From IMG/VR virus record IMGVR_UViG_3300031787_000011: DNA of 64,000 nt; one strand, given 5' to 3'. Shown piece by piece: positions 29,130 through 38,800 of the stretch. The notes under the pieces were generated by a model. That model had not been told where the DNA came from and searched no databases. It saw only the letters and a list, made by a program, of their open reading frames with translations. Both the position numbers and the translations under genes were made by a program. Position 1 is the stretch's first letter; each line of letters begins with the position of its first letter. This DNA comes from a virus.

Positions 29130-30937
29130 GATTTTATTACATTTCTATTTGCTAATTGATTTGGGTCTAATGCGAAAGAGAATACAGAATTTGAGGAAAC
29201 AATTGATCCATATTTATTCGATGTTAAGTTATCTGAACTAGTTGAGCTAAAATTGCTATTTGATATAGATATGGAAGAAGACTCTTCTTGCAAAGTGTCT
29301 AAAGACTCATGCAATGCTTTAATAAAATTATCTTTGAAAGCTAACAACAACGTATCTTTATTGCCCAATAAAGTAGACTCTGGAGTCCCCGCCTTAGAAA
29401 GAGATAAATTGATTGCTGTTTTTTCTCTTTTCGCAACGTTCATATCTACCGCTATATGCCTTAAAGAATTATTGCAAGAAAATCCATAAGTAAAAATAGT
29501 ATTAGTTGGAGTATACTCGATAGAGTAATCTGAATTTGAAAGCCCCAAAAATCTATCTTTATTATCGTACGTCGCAGATATCGATACAGTTCCTAAAATT
29601 GGATTAGCTTCTACTTGCACTGAAACAGGCTCTTGATTCAAAGTGAATTTAGGAGTTGCTCCGTAATAACCAGTATAGTATCCATTCACTAGCGTATACA
29701 ATCTTGGCGCAGATGCACTTGTGCCAGCGGTGAATAACTCTGTCACATATTTTAAAGAATTCTCATATTTATTTTTTACAGAACCTCTGCACTTAACATC
29801 TCCCTTAATTTCTAAAGTGTCTATATAAGATAATTCGTCTATCGAATGAGAAATTGAAGCGTCTAAATAACAACCACTAAAAACAGTTTGATCGTTAGCG
29901 GATCCATAAAATTCTAAGTTATCATATGAAATGCTAAAATTTATCTTTCTAGCTTTTCGATCTTCATTTATTGTGACTTCGATTGGGTCTGGGCAGAATT
30001 TAAAACCATTCGGGCTACCATATTTACCTGAGATTACCGCGTAAGGATGCAATCCAGAAAGCTCATTAATTAAACTAGAAACTAAAGCATCACCCGTTAC
30101 TCCAGTTATCCCAGCCTTTATTTCTCCCTGTATGGAAGCCGTCACGAAATCATCTCCAGCTCCAGAAGTTAAATTAGTAGAGTAAGATACCAAATGATAG
30201 TTGTTGAAAGAATAATTCTGAGCAGACTCAGAGTCTCCTGTGACAGTTCTAAATTTATAGGTCTCTTCAACAGAATAAGTTAAATTTAATTTATCTAAAT
30301 TTTCTGCTATGCTTACTAAAACAGGAGTAAAATTACTAGAATTGTCTATGCTAGTAACTAACGGCAAAGATAATATTTTTGAAACACCTGTTCTTGTAGC
30401 AACATAAGATTTGGCATTATTTATTGCATCATCTATAGTTGTAGTAACGAAGCCTCTGGCTGCTACAGAATGAGTAATTGTTCCTACTCCATCATTACCA
30501 GGAGATATTGTAATTTCATCTTTTGGGTCTAGCACACCATAAGTGCCAGAAAAAAATCCAGTAAGTCCAGATGGGTAAGACAGCAATTCTACGGAATAAT
30601 TTACAACTTTATTATAAGGAGCATTGTCGAAAGAAACATTTTCTACAGAACACCCAGAGAAAGCATACGCCTCAGTAGTCGGCGGAACATCATCCGCATC
30701 TTCAAATATTTTTAATGTTTTAAAAGAAGATGCAAATATATCAACTAGCCCAGTTTGAGCATAATATAAATCATCGAAACTGTTGCCAGTTATAACCCCA
30801 TTCAAAACTATCCTTTGAGACATTCCCCATCTATCGCCATGAGTAATGACGTCGTCAGTTATTGATATGTAAGGAGTCGGCCCGGTCCCAGAAAGCGGCA
30901 CTCTCTTATTATTGTATCTTATTAATACGTCTGACAT
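29126..30937 (-). CDS. Putative tail-tip (distal-tail-like) structural protein (603 aa)
   Basis: Second gene after the TMP, beta-rich, apparently a distant paralogue of 30939-32843. Confidence 0.5.
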   Translation of the reverse strand: MSDVLIRYNNKRVPLSGTGPTPYISITDDVITHGDRWGMSQRIVLNGVITGNSFDDLYYAQTGLVDIFASSFKTLKIFEDADDVPPTTEAYAFSGCSVENVSFDNAPYNKVVNYSVELLSYPSGLTGFFSGTYGVLDPKDEITISPGNDGVGTITHSVAARGFVTTTIDDAINNAKSYVATRTGVSKILSLPLVTSIDNSSNFTPVLVSIAENLDKLNLTYSVEETYKFRTVTGDSESAQNYSFNNYHLVSYSTNLTSGAGDDFVTASIQGEIKAGITGVTGDALVSSLINELSGLHPYAVISGKYGSPNGFKFCPDPIEVTINEDRKARKINFSISYDNLEFYGSANDQTVFSGCYLDASISHSIDELSYIDTLEIKGDVKCRGSVKNKYENSLKYVTELFTAGTSASAPRLYTLVNGYYTGYYGATPKFTLNQEPVSVQVEANPILGTVSISATYDNKDRFLGLSNSDYSIEYTPTNTIFTYGFSCNNSLRHIAVDMNVAKREKTAINLSLSKAGTPESTLLGNKDTLLLAFKDNFIKALHESLDTLQEESSSISISNSNFSSTSSDNLTSNKYGSIVSSNSVFSFALDPNQLANRNVIKS

Positions 30938-30938
30938 A

Positions 30939-32843
30939 TCAAAGTTTTTCCTTTTTAACTAAGAACTTATATTCTATTGAAGCTCTTAAATTGTAATTAT
31001 TATCAATAGATAAATTTAAATTATCCATGAAAAAGGTAAGATCTCCAAGTTTAAAACCAAAATTTTCATTATATATTTTGGAGAATGCTTTTACGCCATA
31101 TTGATATTGAGGATAATTTATACCAAATAAGCGCCCGTTATCTTTATGAAGCATTTCTGTGGAAAACAAATCTTTTATCTTACCAAATACAGTGGCTGGT
31201 ACAATATTAGCGCCGGTTGTAGTGTACAGATTGTTTCTATTGATCTTCATTTCTATAACAATAGACTTAACGCCCTCCGTTAATTGAGTGGTTTGGTATA
31301 TTGTTTCTTGATTTCTTTCTACTTTACGATTGCTTTCATTCCAAGACCCAGGAATATTCGCGTTTGAATATCTATTTACTGGCAGATTAGTATTTTCTGA
31401 AACTGTTAATTGACGTATCAATCCAGAACTTGAAAGCGTAGGAGAATTTGAATATGTTTTTGTGTAGGTTGTTTCTACTCCGAATTTTAAATGATTAATT
31501 GCTGTGCTAGTTCTTACGCCAGCAAATGTGCCACTACCTGCCACCGCTAAATAATAAGGATTTATTCTTGTCAAATCATCTGCTCCAGAATTTGCGCTAA
31601 TTATATTTTTTATATCAGTCAAATTAGAAGAAAAGGCTTTATTTTTATTTGTATAAAATTTAATAGATCCATTAATTGTAGAATTATAAATTCCTTGAGC
31701 GTCTTTCACTAGAGAGATGGAATAAGTATGAATAGTCGTAGAGTCGTCGTAAGCGGCATTAGTTGTGAATCTTATTTCATAACCTATTTCTGGCTGCGTC
31801 TCTGTGAGATCTTTAGTTATTGAAATTGGATTTGACTTTAGTGTGTCTAAGGCATTATACTTTGGTAAGACTCTCTTAAATTTAGAATAATCATTAGAGA
31901 AGTATCTATTAAATACATTATTGCATCTTGAATACGCAGAAGATAAATTAGAATTTAACTTAGATATTGCGTTAGCTCTAGCCACAGCGAAACTCGATCC
32001 TTTGCCTTTTATTCTTCCTCTTTCTACTACTTCTATTACTCCTTCCGCGTTAAATACTACGTCAGTTAATAATGTTTCTGTTGTAGTAGAGCTATTATCA
32101 GAAAAAACTGTATATTGTTTGGAGTACGAGAAGTTATAGTTTATAAGGTCTACAGTTTGATCTATTAAAGAAGATCCATAATCTGTATTGCTTATTTGAA
32201 AGCTTGTGGAGCTATAAAAAGAACGTATCGAAGATAAAGAATCAAGTCCTAAAGCAAAAAATGTATTCGCTATATCTCTCGCATCCGTTACTACAGTTGT
32301 TTCTGAATTTTTATCTATATTGTCTATTCCGAAAGAAAGTCTATGCGATGCTAAAAAATTACCATCATCTTGTAGTGTAAAATTAAAAGACTCAGAAAAA
32401 TCTCTCAGCTTGTACCAAAGATTTGTTGCATTGCTATAAACAGACGGCAAATTATTCGCAGCAAAAGTATTAGACGAGTCATCTTTAAATACTTCTAATG
32501 TAATAGTAAACTTGGTGAATCTTACAGAATTCTCATCAAAATTTACAGAAGTAGGAAAAGAATAATTTAAAAATCTAGCCTTGCCATAAGACTTATCATT
32601 AAGGAATATTTCTACAAAGTCAGTCGAGCTTTCTAACAGCAACTTTACTTGTCTGAAATGCTCTTTTATTGGAACACTAGATTCTCTATTAGAAAAGTAG
32701 CCATCAATAGATATATCTTCTTTTCTTCTATAATTAAAAGCCCCAGCTTTTTGATTCGAGACAGAGTAGTTTAATAAAGTAGCCACAGCAAAACTTACTG
32801 CTGTTGAGCCGAACTTTATTACTGTTTCAGAGGTAAAGGCCAT
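30939..32843 (-). CDS. Putative tail-tip (distal-tail-like) structural protein (634 aa)
   Basis: Immediately downstream of the TMP, the usual Dit position; beta-rich. Confidence 0.5.
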   Translation of the reverse strand: MAFTSETVIKFGSTAVSFAVATLLNYSVSNQKAGAFNYRRKEDISIDGYFSNRESSVPIKEHFRQVKLLLESSTDFVEIFLNDKSYGKARFLNYSFPTSVNFDENSVRFTKFTITLEVFKDDSSNTFAANNLPSVYSNATNLWYKLRDFSESFNFTLQDDGNFLASHRLSFGIDNIDKNSETTVVTDARDIANTFFALGLDSLSSIRSFYSSTSFQISNTDYGSSLIDQTVDLINYNFSYSKQYTVFSDNSSTTTETLLTDVVFNAEGVIEVVERGRIKGKGSSFAVARANAISKLNSNLSSAYSRCNNVFNRYFSNDYSKFKRVLPKYNALDTLKSNPISITKDLTETQPEIGYEIRFTTNAAYDDSTTIHTYSISLVKDAQGIYNSTINGSIKFYTNKNKAFSSNLTDIKNIISANSGADDLTRINPYYLAVAGSGTFAGVRTSTAINHLKFGVETTYTKTYSNSPTLSSSGLIRQLTVSENTNLPVNRYSNANIPGSWNESNRKVERNQETIYQTTQLTEGVKSIVIEMKINRNNLYTTTGANIVPATVFGKIKDLFSTEMLHKDNGRLFGINYPQYQYGVKAFSKIYNENFGFKLGDLTFFMDNLNLSIDNNYNLRASIEYKFLVKKEKL

Positions 32844-32858
32844 ATTTTATTATATATT

Positions 32859-35800
32859 TTATCTCTTGAAATTCAAGGCTGCTGGTCCTAGTTTTTTGAG
32901 TTCTGGAATCTTGTCGAATAGGATACTGATTATTCCTTGCATTGCTTCATCTGGGGCATTTTGTATGGATGTTCTTCCATCTATATTTATAACATTAGAG
33001 TTAGAAACATTGCTAGAAGAAGCTCCATTAGGAAATGCTGATGTTATTCCATTTCTCATGGCCTCTGTTATCGCATCGGAAAACTCTCCAATTGCAAAAT
33101 TTGGAACGCTTCCTTGAGCGGCAGATGGGAAAGACATTCTCGGTGCAGACATTCTCATTCTTGAATAAACATCTCCAGAAGCCATCATGCTATTGCTCAT
33201 GGCAGCGAAGTTAGGAACTATACCGCTGGCTCTTTCTTGCATTACTTGCTCAGCAGTGACTCTTCTCCTCGCCGCCTCTTCTGAAACATCTTGAGGGAAA
33301 CTTGGAATAGGTCTGTTCCTAAATTCTATTGTTGATGCAGGAATAACTTGATTAGCTTCTCTAGCAGCTTGCGCTTCTCTTGCTGTTTTATAAATATTAA
33401 AAGATCTGGCAAACTCTGCATCTTTGAAATCTGTTGACTTGAAAGATCCAAGGCCATTCTTTCCTTCTTGGCTTAGTAAATAATTTATCTTATCTTGAGT
33501 GGTTAAATATCCGGCAGACTCAGCATTTTTATCAAAAGATTCTAAGAAAGATTTTCTTAATTTTGAACCTTGGGCTGCGTTTTCCGCTGACATTTCTTTA
33601 TCGATTCTACCTATTTCGGCGGCAGCTTGGGCAGACGCTCTAGCATCCATAGCTGCTTTTGCAGCTTGTTTTTGCTTTTCAATTATGCTTTCTTGCTCTT
33701 GAGTATCTTGAATATTTTTATTTATTTGAGCTTGCCTAGATCTAGAGAGCTGGAAAGTTTCAGAAACTAATGGATTTCCTGCTGCTTCATTGTATCTATT
33801 TATTTCTCTTAATAATTCCATTTTTCTAGGAATTATTCTATTTTCTTCTACGGCTTCCCTGCTAGTCAAACCTCTTACTCGCTTTGAAGACACGGCAGAT
33901 AAGCCCATTGTTTTATAACCTGCTCCGTACATGGCGTCCAATAACCCAGTCGCTTCTACTCCTTTTATAGCACCATAACCCAAAGCTCCGACTGCGAGAG
34001 GAAGAGCCAGGGTAGTTGCGAGGCCAGCGCCAGCTATACCAGCTCCTAATAAGCTTAACGAGCCAATTCCGCTAGATATATTTCCTGCTCCAATTAATTT
34101 TTCATCTTGATTAACAATTTGGTTAACTCCTTGTGCGATTTCAAAGCCAGCGGCTCCTACTCCAAGCGCTCCCAGAGCTTTGCCTCCATATTTACCTAAA
34201 AATTTTAAAGCATTTTTACTAAATCCAGAATTAGAAGTAAATCTTCCTAACGCGTCTCTGGCTCTTGCTGCAGGTTTTGCTACAGCAGAAGCTCCGCTTT
34301 CTTTGAATAATAAGGCGCTTGAAATATCTGCCGCCCTTTTACTTGTTGAAATTCCTTTCGGAGCAAAGCCTTTGGGCATTGTCCTTATTTGATTCCCTAA
34401 TACTTGATCTACTAATTTTTGAGTTGTAGATCCGCGCATATACCCACTTGAACCCAATGATTCTGAAGGGTTAAGCTCAAAAACTACAGTACCGACTCTT
34501 CCCCTTCCTCCTGAGTAAAATTCTTTAGTATTGACTCCTGCTTTTTTTGCGCTTTCTAATGTTGTAGCTCCTACATCTACTCCGAAAAATGCATTTTTTA
34601 TTCCTTTTTTAGCTACAAGTTCTCTGATGCTTTTTACGGCTGTGGCTTGCGCTGCTTTTTTATACTCTTGAGCTACTTTAGCGGCTTCTTTACCTAAACC
34701 AGATTTACTTAAAGCACTTAAACCTTCTTTAGAAGTTATGTCGGCAGTGCCAGCTCCTATTTTCAATACAGAGCCCCCTTTAAGCAATTTAACTTTTCCA
34801 TTCGCGTCAACAGCCACATGGACTCTCATTTCTCCATAATGAGGGCCTTCTACAGCAGCTTGCGTAAAAAATCCTCTAGCTTCTCCGCTTTGAAATCTTT
34901 TTATAATTTCCGCCGTATCTCCCAATCCTATTCCTCCGCTTCTTCCGAAAACTCCTTGCCCTTGAGCAAAACTAGAACCAAAAGCTGTTTTAACTAGAGT
35001 TTGATTGCCTCCTGAAATTTTATTTATTTCGGCTAGCAAATTTTCTGGAGTCAATTTATTTGCTCTAGATAATTTTCTTAATATAGGATCTAAACGCTGA
35101 GATTTAGGAATAGTAGAAATTTTTAATTCATCTAATTTACTTATTCCAGGATCTGCGATTTTTAAAATATTACTTCCTCTTAATTGAGAGCTTAATGTTT
35201 TAGTGCTATAAGGCTGAGTAGATATTGTTTTCGCGCCTTTAGGCAAAGACTCTTTATCTATAAGTTGAGATCCAACTTTGCCAGAAGGTGTAATTTTATA
35301 AAATCCTTCTGTTCCATGATCATACACAAATAAATTGCCAGCTTTTGCAGCTGACGAACCAACAGAAGCTACTTTTTCTCCGTATAGAGCGTAATTAGGA
35401 ACATACCCGCTAGACCTCATTCCTAAACTTCTCAAGCCATTTTTTTCATCGATACTATTTGTGACGCCGAATCCATATGGGTTAGAAGCATTTATTAAAT
35501 CCGGGCTTCTTTCCAAATTAATATTAGCCATAGCAAAGTTAGGAACGCCCATTATTCCTCTGCTGGCTAGCGCTGTTTTTTCTCTATTTACGGCGTCTGC
35601 TATCGAGCTAGAATATTTTGTTAAACCATTTGCGTTGCTTGGTATTCCGGTCGGCATTAATCCGCCCATACCTGCATAAGCTGAAGCGGCTGCTTTGACT
35701 TTTGATTCGTAATTTCCTTCTGATAATTTTACTTCGTCAGTTGTAACATTTACCAAAGCTGTTTTTATACCAGTAGCTCCAAACGCAGTCTTTAAACCAT

Positions 35801-38800
35801 TTTCAAAAGCAGTTATTAAAGCTTTACTTTGAGATTCAGATACTTCTATTAATTTTTCTTTGAGGGGAGAAATTGTATTTTCTAAAACTCTTAAAGCAGC
35901 GTCTTCTGTTTTGGCTTGTCTTACTGATTCTACATTAAATTTTTCGAGATCTCCCATCGCCTTCTGAATATCTTTTGGAATTTCAGGGCTGCCGAATAAA
36001 GCATTAGTTTTGAGCCCGGCAGATTCAAGAAGATATCTTTGATCGAAAGCTTTTCCTCTTAATAAACCAGCAGTTTGCCCAAGACCCATCATTTGAGCCA
36101 TGCCGGCTCTTCTCATGAGGTCTTTTTGCATGTCAAAAGCATTTAGCCTTGTTAGCTCACCCTTTACAGCTTGAATATCTGCTGGCTCTTTGCCGCCTTT
36201 AGTTGTCAAAAGACCTGGATATTTTTGCAAAGTATCAGTCAAAAAGTCTGTAGCCCCAGCAATTTGGCCTCTTCTAGAACCAATCATTGATCCTAGTTGG
36301 TAAGTTAATGGTCCCCTTATAGAAGAAGCCATTGCCTCTGCTCTCATTTGAGGATTCAATGAGGCTCTTATATCTCCGCCGAAAGCTATCTTTTCTTGAA
36401 GAGCTAAAAATTTTAATTGTATTTTTTTGGACTCTTCAGCTATTATTGTTGCTTTATTTATATCTCTTGATTGCTGAGAATTAAAATCAATAAGCTTTTG
36501 TATGCCTTTGGATTGCGCTTCGCTAAGCCCTGGTAATTTTTGTAAGCTTTCTAATTCCCTGCCCGCGCCCGCGCCCGGGGCCTCAATATTTCTTAGTCTG
36601 GCTTCTACCGCAGGAGACAAGTTAGCCAGAAATTCTTTATCATTTAATTGAGTCAATAATGAATTCTGGAAAGAAACTGCAGAATCAGCTTTCTTTATCG
36701 CCAGCGTAGCCTCTGAAGAGGCAGATATACCAGCTCGTCTGCTGAATGTTCCTGCTAGTTCTGCCAATTCTGGAAGTTGTTGTTCTAAAGCTTTCTTTAT
36801 TTCGGTTCTTATATCTCTAGCGTCTTCGACAGCTTGTCTTCTTGAAGCTAATGGCTTGCTTATTCTTGCGATCTCTTTGGCTTGATTAGCGGAAATTTTT
36901 TCAATGCCTTGGGCTACTTTTAAGGCTTCTATAAAAGCCTTTTTCAATTGATCGCTATTTAACTGATCAGAAAATTCTTTTACGTCTAATCCGGCCTTCT
37001 TGAGTATTTCGCCGAAATTAGCTGTAGTAGCTTGAGAAAGATCTGTTTTGAATATATCTGCATTTGCTCTATTTATTATTTCATTAAAGAAAGAGCTTAG
37101 TTCTGCTGGGGCTTGTTCGCCAGTTATTTTGCCTTTTCTGCCGAACGAAAGTGCAGAAGTTCTTATAGCTTCTTCTGTTTGAGCCTTTTTAAGATTTTCT
37201 TCTAAAACAGTAATTTGATCACTAATTGATGTTTGCCCAGCCAATCTAGAAATTAATTCTGGATTCTTGATTGATATTTTCTTTATTAAGTCTTCTCTAG
37301 TTTTGACAAGCTTTACTATTTCTCTAGGATCTGCTTTTGGATCTTTATATGCGGCGTCTAATTTAGACAAAGAAGCACTAAGCTCTGTTGTATTTTCGGC
37401 CAAGTCTGTAAAAGCTTTCTTAGAGCGATCTAACGCATCTTCAAATTTTTTGCTTTGAATTCTTTGATCTAAATCTCCTCCTGACAATTCACCCAACTTA
37501 ACGCCACCATAAATCTGCGCTAAGCCTGTTAATCCCGCCGCTACTCTGCTACCTGTTGAAGCTTTTTTAGACAATATAGCTGTTCCTATATTTTTTATGC
37601 CTGCGGAAGCTGGCAAAGCTTGGCTTATAAATTTTGACACAGCAGAAGGAATCACTTCTCTTTCTGCCAATTCATCTATTATGCTAGCGTAAGCTTGTTT
37701 TTCAAAAAGCTCTAACGCTCCAGAAATTGGATTAGCAAGTTTTCCGCCTGATTTTCCGAAAAAACGAGATAATAAAGCTGTAGGAATTTTAGCAAAATTA
37801 GGAACTACGTCTTTTAACCCATTAGGCTCATCTCTTTTATTTGTTACCGCTATTGGATTTCCGCCTTCATCAAAATGAGCCATGATTTGAGAGGCTGGTA
37901 AGCCGCTCATTGTTTTTTCTCTTCCTATGGCATCTGATAAGCCAGCAAAATTAGGAATATATCCTCCAGCTATTAGCTTTTCTTGCCGCAATATTTTTTT
38001 GCTATAGCCTAGTCTATCAAGTAATTTAAGATGCTCTGGATTATCTGTATCTAAAACTCTTGTACCAAACAGCTGAGCCGAAGAGAAGAAAACACTACTT
38101 TTATTATCAGTTATTCCTGGGAATATTTCTTCTGCATTAATTGGTTTTGATATTGATGGGCCGACTTTTCCAGTCACTAGTATGGGATAACTTTTATGCT
38201 TACCAGGGACTTTAGACGCGTATTCTCCTTGTTGCATTGAAGCTATTGAAGATCCAAATGCATAAGCTCCTTTTGGTCCTCTCGCTTTAACTCCGCCAGG
38301 CGCAAAAAATTTAACTAGTCTAGGATCTTTTAATTCATTTGCTGATTTAACTAATATTTTTTTATTAAATAAATCAGAGCTTAAAATATCAATAATGCTT
38401 TTTATTTCTGATCCGCTATGAGAATTTAAAATTGATTTGACATTAAATCCTCGCTCAGAAAGAGAAGCTATTATTTCTTTTGGCTTTGGATGATTAGCTA
38501 AAAATTGCTGTAAAAGAGCCTCATTAGTTTTTAAATTCTCTGGTACTAGATCGTTTACAGCGGAAGGGGCGACAACTGGGATGATTATGCTTTTAGTTAC
38601 TCCAGCTTTTCGACTTGCATTTTTTAAAGCCGTTGTCGGAGATGTAGATCTAACTGCGCTGGCATACCCTTTGCCTATTCTTGATGCAGAAAAACCAATT
38701 CCTCCAAATACTTCTCTTCCGATGATTTGAACGTCTCCAGTTTTCGAAATGTTTACTCCTTTTGCTCTACCTACTTTTAATGCATCGTAATATTTTGCAG

